Source: the human T2T-CHM13v2.0 reference genome, Homo sapiens. From it: a DNA stretch of 64,000 bases. A program made the translations under genes and the position numbers. The notes beneath the pieces are model-generated. The model made no database searches. It was not told where the DNA came from and saw nothing but the letters and a program-made list of their open reading frames with translations. Shown one piece after another: positions 41,661-55,120 of this stretch (the stretch's first letter is position 1; every line of letters starts with the position of its first letter). The stretch lies in assembly GCF_009914755.1 (NCBI RefSeq), contig NC_060928.1; one strand, 5' to 3'.

Positions 41661-42195
41661 ATAATTGGGTGAGAAAATAAAGGCCAGAGAGAGAACTCAT
41701 GGACTTAGCCACACAGCAGACCAGCAGAGGGGCTGGAACAAATTCCCAACCGTCCTGCAATCCTCAGAATAAACAACAAAAACATTTTGTGGTGTTGTTG
41801 GTGGTCAAACAAACTATATTTTCAGAGGGTTCATCTCACAGGCTGGCAGTATGCAGTCTATGGTGTAGATAGTAAATGAATGCTTGGATCCCTTTTCCTA
41901 CTCATCACAATTCCACTTCTACTACAACATCTTTATGTGAAAAATGGTTTATTTACAAGCCCCACTAGAACATTCACATCTTTGGTCAAAACTTCTTCGC
42001 CTTTTCCAGGTGGTTGGCCTACTTCTCTGGGATCCTGAAGTACTGGACTCATGCTGTTATTTGAGCTTTTATCACTGATACTGGAATTAGAAATGTAGAG
42101 TCTGAAGTTTGGCTGTACTACTTATTATTGTGTGACCTTGAATGAGTCATTGACACTTTGGATTTCATTTTTTTCTCTATCAAATGAAGAAAATA

Positions 42196-42595
<400 letters not shown>

Positions 42596-44375
42596 TCAGT
42601 ACGTGTTACTTTTTTCATTTTCATCATAAGCATTGTTATTTTGGGCTGCATCTCCTCATGCCTATCTTTCCCATTATTCTAAAAGTCGCTCCTGGGACGT
42701 GAGGATGCCTTGCTCTTTCCATCCCCAGCACCTGAGCTGAAGTGGTCTGTAAGTGCATAATGAATAAGCGGGTGGGTGAGTCAGAAGCTGGGCATCTATT
42801 CACAGTTCCTTGTTACTTGATAGTGACTAATGTGAACCTAGTCACGCTGACCTTCACAAGTACTGAGGAAATATCTTTCTTCTTTTCTTTGGAAGCAGTG
42901 AAGCTTAACCTTCATTTGTTAGGCTCTCCGCCAAGAAGAAGGCACAAAAGAGTACTTTATCCAATTTATGAAGGCATAGTAAAAATAAAGGCTCCACAGA
43001 GTTCCTGAGGGCACGAGGCTCCTGCCGCTGAGGCGGTGGATAACCAACCTGGTAGATGCTCCACGACTCTACTCAATGCGTCACACCAAAGCACAGCATT
43101 AATGCAGAGAGAAACAGAGTGTGTGGATTCTGCATTCACCCTTTTCAAAGAACAGAATGAATCAGGAAAAAGCTATAGTTCATGCAGTGCCATTTTCAAA
43201 ACATAGCAAATCCAGGTTAGGTTAGGAGAATAATGGATCCTAAGGGAAGTAGCAGTAAGTGATGTGTACCTGGAGGGGGAATAGTCTAAAGGAAAGTTGC
43301 TGCATTTCTCATCGTACATCCAAAGGATGTTCAAGATTTCAGTATTGCTTTGCTTGGAGGTTTATGCCTTTTCATTAATTTGTTCAATGACTTTATATTT
43401 TTTAAATATTAAAAAAACTATACCTATTGTAAAATGTGGAAAATATGTTATCAGAAATATAGATTACCCCAATTTAAAAATAAACACTTTAAATTTTGCT
43501 TTATATTCCTAAAGTTTCTGGTAAATTGATACTTATGTGGCAAGAAAAACATTAATCAAGGAATTCTCAGACTTCACATTTTCCTTTCCTGTTAAAAAGA
43601 ATTCTGCCTGGGAGCACACATTTCTCTTCCATTTCTTGTGTTCAGCCTTCCAGAGAAAGTCCTTCTATCTCTAGATGAGCCCATTGGGCCTTAGGTTTTA
43701 CTAATTAGGAAAAGTGGTAGGGCTAACAGAAGAAGCTTTGGTTTGGAGAAGGATAGATGTTGAAGAGAATATTCTGGAAGATGGATGTGAGAGAAAGCTG
43801 AGGAATGTGCAGAAAGAAAATGAAAGTGAAAGGGAGCTTTCAAAAAAGCATTGTTAGGTGGAATGACATATCTGTATGGTATTTGAGAAAAATATGGAAA
43901 GTATTGTCCATAAGAGTCATTGTAAATTATTTTTTGGTTGCCAGATTATGTTTTATTGACAAATAGTTTGGATTCATAACCCTTGCTGCGACAGAACTGG
44001 ATCTCAGAGGTAACAACTTTTTAATGATATAAAAGAAGATATCAATGTGTATATAGAAAAAAACAGCATAAGTACAGGCACCGGTATAAATATAGATGGT
44101 ATTGAGCTAGATATATATTCACTTAAGTATCAACTTCAATACAAGGAGATCTTGGATAGAATTAGAGGAGGAAATAAAAAGACAGAAAAGGAAACTTGAC
44201 ACCACATCATATTATTTTAAAAGACCTTTTCTCAGAGAATATAAAATAAACATGATTTTATATTAATAAATCTTTCAGCTATGATTTTTTTCATAAAATG
44301 ATCAGACAGCCACACAAACCAGTTCAACTGAACAGAACTTCATTGTATTAACACACATAAGAAAATAAAAGAGGA

Positions 44376-44690
<315 letters not shown>

Positions 44691-45304
44691 TCAACAATAT
44701 ATTTTTAAAGGAAGTCCAGTCCTCATTCATGGAGATTGAAAGTGGAGAGTCGTTGAGATTCTCAGCAGCTCTGGAATGTTAGCACACAGGCTCTGTGATA
44801 TGGCACAAAAATACCCAGATAAGAGCTAATTATAAACCCACTGTCTTTTTTCTTTTCTTTCTTCCAATCAGCTGTGAAATCCTTCCATGTTCCTAGCTTG
44901 CATTTCTAAGAGAGGAAGAAACTGAATAATCTATAGATCTCATTGTTTTAGATGTTAACTATTACTTCAATTTGAGAACAGAGTGTCACACAAATTCATG
45001 ACATGCGTAGCTGGCTAGCATGAGGATAAGTCATTGCTCTGGGCTGAGAGAACAAGGTTACAAGATAGTTGTATTATTTACATATCATACCTTTATTGCA
45101 ACTGAAATTAGACAAAAGAAAGAGAAAGTTTTATTGGCTCATATAACTTGAGAGTTCATGGATAGTCAAGGTGCAGGTATGGCTAAATAAATGTGGTCAA
45201 ATTATATTATTAGGAATATGTTTATCTTCATTTCCCAGTTCTGACTTTATTTGCTTTGCCATTATTCCCAATTAGGTTTTTCCCATGTAATAACAAAAAT
45301 ATCC

Positions 45305-46514
45305 ATCATTTCTAAGAGTTTTTTGTTGGAGTCTTTAGGTTTTTCTATACATAACATTATGCCTGCAACAGAGATAATTTGACTTCCTTTTTTCCAATGC
45401 ATATGCCCTTTATTTTCTTCTTTTGTCTAATTGTTCTAAAACTTCCAATTCTATGTTGAATAAGAGTGTTGAAAGCAAGCTTCCTTGCATTATTCCAGGT
45501 CTTAGAGGAAAAACATTCAACTTTTCTCCTTTCAGTATGATGTTAGCAGTGGGTTTATCATATATGCCCTGTATCGTGTTGAGGCACATTCATTCTATAC
45601 AGTAAGTGCTTAACATCATTGAAAGGTTCTTGAAACTGCAACTTCAAGTGAAATGACATACAGCAGGTCCTCAAATTATGTAATTTTATTCAACATTGTT
45701 ATAACATTCCTAAGAAAACTATTGGTTTCCCTATATGTCATTTCACCTAAAGTCACAGTTTCTAAGAACCAGTAAATGATGTTAAGTGAGAACTTGCTAT
45801 ATCTAATGTGATAGTTTTTATCAAGAAGTGATGTTAAATTTTATCAAATGCTTTCTCTGCATCTATTGAGACAATCATATGTTTTTTGTCCTTCATTATG
45901 TCGTTGTGAGGTATCATGTTTATTGATTTGCATATGTTGAACCATCCTTTCATCCCTGAAATTAATTACACTTGATTATGTTGTATAATCTTGTAAATGT
46001 ATTATTGGATTCCATTTACTAGTTAAAGATTTTTGCATCTGTGTTCATCAGAGACATTCGCCTGTAGTTTTGTTGTTGTTGTGTCCTTGTCTTGTTTTGG
46101 TATCAGGATGATGCTGGCCTCATACTGTGAGTTTGGAAGAATTCTCTCCTATTCAGTTTTTTGGAATAGTTTGAGAAGAATTTGTATTAGTTTTTCTTTA
46201 AAGGTTTGGTAGAATTCAGAAATGAAGCCATTTGGTCCTAGGTTTTTCTTGGTTGGGAGATTTGTTCTTACTGACTCAACCTCGTGGCTCATTGGTCTAT
46301 TCTGGTGTTCTAACTATTCTTGGTTCAATCTTGGAAGGATATATGTATCCATGAATTTATTTCTTCTAGATTTTCCATTTTGTTTTGTTTTGTTTCCATT
46401 TTGTTCCATTTTCCATTTTGTTGATAATAGTCTTTAATAATATTTTATATTTCTATAGTATTAGTTGTAATGTGTTCTCTTTCATTTCTGATTTCACTTA
46501 TTTGGGTCTTCTTT
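45305..46514 (-). mobile_element. L1M ORF2 fragment (antisense), interrupted by a Tigger-type element
   Basis: gttggagtctttaggtttttctata...ttttatcaaatgctttctctgcatctattgag...ggtagaattcag. Confidence 0.88.
45600..45799. mobile_element. MER82-like (TcMar-Tigger) short element
   Basis: (TA)cagtaagtgcttaacatcattgaaaggttcttg.../...aagaaccagtaaatgatgttaagtgagaacttgc(TA) inverted termini. Confidence 0.7.
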
Positions 46515-47195
46515 CATTTTTTATTATAATTTAAGTTCTGGGGTACATGTGCAGAAAGTGCAGGTTTGTTACATAGTTATACACTTGTCATGGTGGTTTG
46601 CTGTACGCATCAACCCATCATTTACATTAGGTATTTCTCCTAATGCTATCCCTCTCCTAGCCCCCGAACTCCCGACAGGCCCTGGTGTGTGATATTCCCC
46701 TCCCTGTGCCAGAACACTTGGCTTCAGCCCCATTTCCAGGGGAGTGAATGGTTCTGTCTCAGTGGTGTTCCAGGTGCCACTGGGGTATGAAAAATAAACT
46801 CCTGCAGCTGGCTTGGTGTCTGCCCAAACATCCACCCAGTTTTGTGCTGGAAACCCAGGGCCCTGGTGGTGTAGGCACCAGAGGGAATCTCCTGGTCTGT
46901 GGGTTGCAAAGACCGTGGGAAAAGCACAGTATCTGGGCCAGAGTGCACGGTACCGTCCCTAATGACTTCCTTTGATTAGGAGAGGGAGTTCCCCGACCCC
47001 TTGTGCTTCCTGAGTGAGGCGATGCCACACTCTGCTTCGGCTCACCCCCCTTGGGCTGCACCCACTTTCCAACCAGTCCCAGTGAGATGAACTGGGTACC
47101 TCAGTTGGAAATGCAGAAATCACTTGCCGTCTGTGTTGATCTCCCTGGGAGCTGCAGACCAGAGCTGTTCCTATTCGGCCATCTTGCCTCTTCAC
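46515..47195 (-). mobile_element. Internally deleted L1PA7/8-like element (5'UTR start fused to 3'UTR end)
   Basis: 3' end at 46515-46708 directly joined to 5'UTR sequence 46709-47195 ending ctattcggccatcttg; TSD tgggtcttcttt/tgggtcgtcttt. Confidence 0.9.
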
Positions 47196-47211
47196 TGGGT
47201 CGTCTTTATTG

Positions 47212-47572
47212 TGCTCAGAGAAGTAGAGAGTAGAGTACTTGTCACCAGAGGATGGGAAATGGATGGAGCAGGGGGAATAGGGAAAGAACGACTCATGGAT
47301 ACAAAATTATACCTAGATAGGAGGAATAAATTTTCATTTTCTATAGTATTATAGAGTGACTACAGTTAACAATAATTTAGTATATATTTTCAAACAGTTA
47401 GAAGAGATTATTTTGCAACTTCCCAACACAAAGAAATAATAAATGTTTGAGGCGATGGATATGTTAATTTCTCTGAATTGATATTTACATATTGAATACC
47501 TATATCACTCTCTACTTCATAAATATATACAAGTGTTATACGTCAGTTAAAAAATTAAAAAGCCAAAAAAAA
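47212..47572 (+). mobile_element. L1MA 3'UTR end with A-tail
   Basis: gaagtagagagtagag...gatacaaaattatacctagataggaggaataa...gtgactacagttaacaataattt...cccaacacaaagaaataataaatgtttgaggcgatgga. Confidence 0.88.
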
Positions 47573-48816
47573 GGGCCACCGTGTTAAGCAATCCATGTAC
47601 CAGGAGAAAGATCAACCTCCATGGAAAGAGACTGTGTCTTTTCCTTTAACTACAACAGGATTCCTGTGCTTGCTTCTGACTCACCCAGCTTGATAAGTTA
47701 TAGGCCTACTTCTGAGTCTGTCAATGTAGTTTGGAGGAAAAAGTAATCGTACTGGCCAAACTGGGGATCTAGGAATGTGTCAGCCTCACCTAAGCCATAT
47801 GGGGTCAAAGTCAGAGAAGTAAAGTTAATGAATATTGGACAGGGATAATCAACAGAAAGGAAACAGAGATATATACCAGTTGAGTCAGTGAAATTTGATC
47901 AATGACTATTGGGAAAGCTGTGGTCAGTAATTAGGAAGAATTATAAAGAATGGTGCCATGTTTCAGAGATTTTCTCAGAGGTACATTACCACTTTTAGGC
48001 CCACAGAGGCCAAAAATGAAGCAATTCTGGAATCCAGGGAGAGATCTATATAGAAAGGGATGCTTGAGAAGAGGAGACAGTCAACCAATTTTAATAGAGG
48101 GGCACAGTCAACCAATGATGACATGACAGGGCAGTAAATGTTGAAATAAATTCTCTAAACTCACTCTTCCTATTTCCTTTGAGTGCCACCCATCCCAACT
48201 GCAAGCCACAGAGCAAGAAAGCTGATTGTTGATTACTTTTACTTATTTTGTATATAAAATAAGACAAGATCATCTCTGTAGATAAACACTTTTAAGAATT
48301 TCATGTGCAAACCTTCAAATTCCTCTGTTTCTACAAAGCACAGAACCATAAGCACATATATGTATATATTCACATATTTATGTGTTTTATTAAAAAATAT
48401 ACATATATACAGAATCACATACATGAATACATAATTATTTGTATGTGTATGTCTCACAAAACAGTCAACTCTGTAAGTTGCTATTAATATAATAAATTGT
48501 AGATATCTTTCTAAGTTAATGTATTTATATTTCTAATTATTTTATTGGATACACAAAATTCTTTATAAGTTTTTATAATTTTTAAGCCATTATCCTCTTG
48601 AGAGACTTTTAGGTTGTTTCTGAGTTTGGCTATTACATACATAGCTATTATATATTCCCATTTACATATCATTATGAATGTTGGGGTACCTGAGTCATGC
48701 TTATACAGATTTTTATGGTACTATCCTTCATAATTATTCTCCAATATTAAATTTTGTACATTTAAACATGAAATATAGTATTCTTTCAACTTTGCAAAAT
48801 CTGCATCTTTCCCATC

Positions 48817-49289
48817 TGTGTTAGTTTCTTGTGCTGCCCTAACAAATTACAGCAAACCTGTTTCCTTAAACAAAAGAAATGCATGCCCTCACTATTCTGG
48901 AGGCCACAAGTCTGCAATCAAAATGTCAATGGGACAGGTACTTTCTAGAAGTTCTGAGAGAGAAGGTGTTTCATGCCTCCCTTCTAGCTTCTGGTGGCTG
49001 TGGGCAATCCTGGGCATATCTTGAATTATAGCTTCATCATTCCAACCTCTGCCTCTGCCTTCACATGAATTTCTTCCTTTGTGTCTATGTCTTTTCCTTT
49101 TCTGTCTTTTATTAGGATATCTGCCATGTCATTAGGCTTAGTGTAGGCCCTAAATCCAGGATGATCTCATCTCAAGATCCTTAAATTAATTATATCTGCA
49201 GAAATTCTAGTTCTAAATAAGGTCACATTCACAGTACTAGGGGTTAAAATTTGAACATATTTTTTTGGGAACAGTTCAATCCCCTACAA
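48817..49289 (-). mobile_element. MLT1 (MLT1B/C-like) LTR
   Basis: tgtgttagtttcttgtgctgccctaacaaattac...aaataaggtcacattcacagtactagggg...cagttcaatcccctaca. Confidence 0.85.
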
Positions 49290-49377
49290 AAGCTAATATT
49301 TTATTTCACCAGTATATGACAATCCTCTCTTTATTATTTCTTTATTTTGTCTTTCTTTCATAGTTATGGAGTGTTAG

Positions 49378-51713
49378 TGCATTAGCCTATTCTCATACTA
49401 CTATAAGAACTGCCCAACACTGGGTAATTTATAAAGAAAAGGAGTTTAATTGACTCATAGTTCTGCATGGCTTGGGAAGCCTCAGGAAACTTACAATCAT
49501 GGAAGAAGGTGAAGCAAAGACATCCTTCACAAGGCAGTCAGAGTGAGAAGTGCACAGTGATGGAGGAAGAGCCCCTTGGAAAACCATCAGACCTCGTGAG
49601 AACTCACTATCATGAGAACAGCTTTGGGGAACCACATCCATGATCCAGTCACCTCCCAGGAGGTCCCTTCCTGCAAACCTGGGGATTACAATTTGAATAA
49701 CTCAAGAGGAGATTTGGGTGGGGACACAGGACTAGACCATATCATTACACCCCTGGCCCCTCCCAAATCTCATGTCTTTTCACATTTCAAAACCAATCAT
49801 GCTTTCCCAAGAGTCTCCCAATGCCTTAACTCATTTCAGCATCAACTAAAAAGTCCACAGTCAAAATCTCATCTTAGACAAGGCAAGTACCCTCCACCTA
49901 TGAGCCTGTAAAATCAAATGCAAGTTAGTAACTTCTTAGATCTAATAAGGATACAGTCACTGGGTAAATGCTCCCATTCAAATTGGGAGAAATTGGCCAA
50001 AACAATGGAGCTACAGAACCCATGGAAGTCCAAAATCCAATAGGGCAGTCATTAAAGTTCCAAAATGATCTGCTTTGAGTCCGTGTCTCACATCCAGGTT
50101 ATGCTGATGCAAGAGGTGGGCTCCCATGGTCTTGGGCAGATTTATCCCTGTGACTTTGCAGAGTGCAGTCCCCCTCCTGACTGCTTTCACAGGCTGGCAT
50201 GGAGTGTCTGTAGCTTTTCCAGGTGCAGAGTGCAAGCTGTCAGTGGATCTACCATTCTGGGGCCTAGCAGATGATGGGACTCTTCTCACAGCTCCACTAG
50301 GCAGTGCCCCAGGGAAGACTCTGTGTGGGGGCTCCAACCCCATATTTCCCTTCTGCACTGCACGAGCAGAGGTTCTCCATGAGGGCTTTGCCCCTGCAGC
50401 AAACTTCTGCCTGGACATCCAGGCATTCTTATACATCCTCTGAAATCTAGACCAAGATTCTCAAAACTCAATTCTTGATTTCTGTGCACCTGCACTCCCA
50501 ACACCATGTATAAGCTGCTAAAGCTTGGGGCTCACGCCCTCTGAAGCAATGGCCTGAACTATATGTGGTCCCCTTTTAGCCATGGCTGAGACAGACAGCC
50601 CCAAGTCCCAAGATTGCACGAAGCCTCAAGGCCCTGGGCCTGGCCCATGAAGCCATTTTTTCCTCCTATGCCTCTAGGCCTGTGATGAGAGGGGCTGCCA
50701 TGAGGCCCTCTGACATGTCCTAGAGACATTTTCCCCATTGTCTTGGTGATTAACATTTGACTCCTTGTTACTTATGCAAACTTTTGCAGCTGGCTTGAAT
50801 TTCTCCCCAGAAAATGGTTTTCTCATTTCTACCACGTAGTCAGGGTACAAATTTCCAAGTTTTTATGCTCTGTTTCTCTTTTAAACATAGGTTCCAATTC
50901 CAAACCATCTCTTTGTGAATGCATAAAAGTGAATGCTTTTGAGAGCACCCAAGTCACATCCTGAATGCTTTGCTGCTTAGAAATTTCTTCATCCAGACAC
51001 CCCAAATTATCTCTCTCAAGTTCAAAGTTCCACAGATCTCAGGGCAGGGGTGAAATGCTACCAGTCTCTTTGCTAAAGCATAGCAAGAATCACCTTTATT
51101 CCAATTCCCAAAAAGTTACTCATCTCCATCTGAGACCACCTCTGCCTGGGCTTTATTGTCCATATCATTTTCTGTATTTTGGTCAAAGCCATTCAACAAT
51201 TCTCTAGGGAGTTCCAAACTTTCCCACATCTTCCTGTCTTATTATGAGCCCGCCAAACTGTTCCAACCTCTGCCTGTTACCCAGTTCCAAAGTTGCTTTC
51301 ACATTTTCTGTTATCTTTATATCAGTGCCTCACTACCTCGGTACCAATTTACTATATCAGCCCATTATCACACTGCTGTAAAGAACTGCCTGAGCCTAGG
51401 CAGTTTAAAGAAAAGTGGTTTAATTGACTCACAGTTCTGCCTGGCTGAGGAGGCTTCAGAAAACCTACAATTATGGCAGAAGGGGAAGCAAACAGGCAGC
51501 AGGAGAGAGAAGTACCAAGCAATGGAGAAAAAATGCCTTATAAAACCATCAGTTTTTGTGAGAACTCACTCACTATCATGAGAATAGCATGGGGGAATCA
51601 TGCCCATGATCCAATCACCTCCCACGAGTTTCCTCCCCCAACATATAGGGATTAAAAGTTGGATTACAATTGAAGATGAGATTTTGGTGGGGACACAGAG
51701 CCAGACCATATCA
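49378..51713 (-). mobile_element. Complete THE1 (THE1C/D-like) MaLR provirus: LTR 49378-49744, internal 49745-51352, LTR 51353-51713
   Basis: Two LTRs in direct orientation around a ~1.6-kb MaLR internal region; perfect 5-bp TSD GTTAG at 49373-49377 and 51714-51718. Confidence 0.95.
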
Positions 51714-51953
51714 GTTAGTTTCTTTTCATGTTTGTTAGGTTATTCTTATGCTAATTGTCTGGGTTTTTTCATTTGTATTTCTTTATTAGTTGCAGATTTA
51801 AAATATATTATCAATAATAGATCTATGTTGTGTGATACATTGGAAGTATATTTTATCATTTAAATTTTTTTTGGGGGGGTATAAACTTATATTAAACTTA
51901 TATTATTTCCTGCCATGCAAAATACCTACTTTTTGCTTTGTCAAAACAGTTAA

Positions 51954-52257
<304 letters not shown>

Positions 52258-52259
52258 AA

Positions 52260-55120
52260 CTATTAATCATTTTTGTGAAAAATTTTGGAACCTACCTCAT
52301 GCTTAAAAAAGATAAAACTTATAAAAATACTTTCCTATAGCTCATGCTAAATTTTTACCCTTTTAAGTAAACTTTGAGAGCCTTAATTTAGTTAAAATTA
52401 ATTTTTTGTACATGCTGTGTGGAAGACAGCTGTCATTTTCCTCAATAGGTATAGCAGTTTCTCCCAGAATAACTTATTAAATATCCTATTATTTATCCAC
52501 TTTAATAAAATGTTTTTATCTTTCAAAATATTCATATACTTTGCTATGTTTTTGGATTATTAAATTTACTTTCTACAATTTATTTTTCTAAACTTTTCTG
52601 TACTTATCTATTACTGTTTTCTTGATAATGTTTTATAAATTATGGTTATTGTTATTGTATAAGTTTGGCTTCATTTGTCATAATTTTACATATTTACGTG
52701 AGCACTCTCTTACATTTATTCTTCCAGCTGAAATGTGAAATTTCTTGCAAAATTATCAAAAAATAGAGTTACAATTTAAAATGAATTATAATTTATTTAT
52801 TATTTAAGATGGAGAGACATCATCCCATCTAGATAATTGTGCAGTTATTAAAAACTTATCTAAAATACTTTATTAACATTTTATAGATTTTTCAATATTG
52901 TCTTATATAGGTGTACATTAAATACGTATCTTCATATTTTATAATTTTATCTTTGATTTTTACTTTGTTTTGTATTTTTTAGATTTGATTTGTTTTTCCT
53001 ACATATATTCTAATTAGCCATTGCCAACATAAATGAAACAACATGAATTCATGTATTTATTTTTTCTAACATGTCATCTGATTGACTATCATTAATTTTT
53101 GGTTGAAATTAAAAAATAAAATGATAGCTATGATGGAGATGATAATGGCTAATATGGCTAATAGTCATTATCAATTAAAATTTTTCAAGTGTCTGATACT
53201 TTGCTAATCACCTTACTGGTGTTATTAGATTACATCGTCATAACATTCATGAGAGAGTGGTCAATATCTTTCTCCACAGATGAGGAAATGGAAGCTTAGT
53301 AGAGTTAAATAATTGCCCACAGTCTTTCAGGTAACAAATGTCTATTCCAAAATAAAGTCTGTTACTGACTTCTGAGATCTATCATCAACCATAAGGACAT
53401 GTAATATTTCCTCTTTTTTAGCTAGATAGTCTAGAGTAATGCTAAACAGTAGTGATATAGTGATGAGACCCAGCATTTCTTTTTGATTTTGAGTTTACTA
53501 GACTGTCTCAATACATTTACCATGGTATTTGTTGATGTCTAAAACCCTTTCTAAATTTTTTAGACAAATTTTATTTTACTTATATTTATTTAAACTTTTA
53601 TAATTAGTAACAAATGTTGAATATTATTAACGTTTTTCTATTTATATCATAATATGCTAAATCACTAGAGTCTATTACATGGTTTCCTAAAGTTACTACC
53701 TTGCACTTTGAGATAAGCTCTACTTCTATGTTATATTTATAGTTCCCTAATTGCTATTTTCTTATTTCATAGTTTTAAATTTATATAAGTATTACTTCTT
53801 CAAAGTTTAACTTTTTAGTGGCATCTTTATCATATTTTGGAATGAAGCTATGTAACCTTAGGAAGATATCTATCTTTGTCTATGCTATGAAATGATTTTA
53901 TAACATATATATTGTCTATTACCAAAAGATCTGATAACATTTACCTGAAAATTCACATGAGATAATAAATTTTTAGGTTTAGGCCTTGAAACCATTTATA
54001 TATCTTCTATGACAATCTATGCTCTATAATATCTTTGAATTTATTTTGAAAGTTTATATTATCCTAAAATATTGCTCCCCTTATTAAATTATTTCTATTT
54101 ACTTTTATAAATGTTTACATAAAATTGTTTATAATATCTTAGTGGGATTTCATGTCTCTTTATTTTTACTGTTGCAAATATTTCTCTCTTTTTGCAAAAT
54201 TATAATTATCTACTTGATTTGACCAGGTTTTAATTTTATTAACGTTTCTTTCATAATAATTTTTGCTGTTATTTACAGAAATATTTAGATATCCCTATTA
54301 TTTTTTCCTTTCTTACATTTAAATTGTTTTTAGTTCAATGTCAACTTATTATCTATTAGTCTTTCTTATTTATTAATAAAATAATTCAAAGCTTTCATTT
54401 CTTTTCTGACTATGGTTTTAGATGCATGTCATATGCTTATTTTATGATGTGAACTAATTTTTCCTAAACTTTAAGCAATTTGGAGCAATTTGGAATTACA
54501 ATTTTATTTTATACTTATTTTATTCATTTAAATTAATTTTTATTGTAGACCATTTACATGTGGTTTATTATTTTACAGGACTCTGCTTTTTGAATTGTAG
54601 CAAAGAAAAAAGTCTTCTAAATTTTCAACACTTGGGAATTTATTGAAATGGTTATTTTATAGCCAGTTACATGTTGTTATTTATTTACTTATCATTTTGG
54701 GGTACCTGATCGTTTCTGGGTCACTGAGAAAATATGCATTTTTATAGGGTACAAATTCCCATGAATAGAAATTAAGTCACCCTTGTCAATTTTATAATGT
54801 AACCTTGTATATCTTTATGGTTTTACAATCTATCTGATCTGTCAAATTCTAATTTTTATTGCTTGTATTATTCATGGATTATCCTCTTTTCTTTATATTT
54901 TTCCAATGAAAAATATGCTTCTCTATTTTGACCAAAGTCTTAAATTTTGTGTTATTTAATATTACCATTGCTTCTTATATTTTATTTCTGTGCTTTCATC
55001 TTGCTAATATATCATCTTGTAGATTTTTTTTACTTGCAAGATTTATGTGACAATTCATTTCAGATGGGTCTGTTGTAAACAGTGCATAGGTAGATTTTTT
55101 AACCTAATTTAAGTATATTC
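52260..55120 (-). mobile_element. Very old, AT-rich L1M(E) remnants with an embedded MIR (~53150-53390)
   Basis: T-rich sequence with patchy antisense L1 motifs; boundaries approximate. Confidence 0.5.

Noticed and set aside
50011-51581. Several 60-141-aa ORFs in the THE1 internal region
   Set aside because: Fragmented remnants of the MaLR internal sequence in multiple frames; no intact gene.
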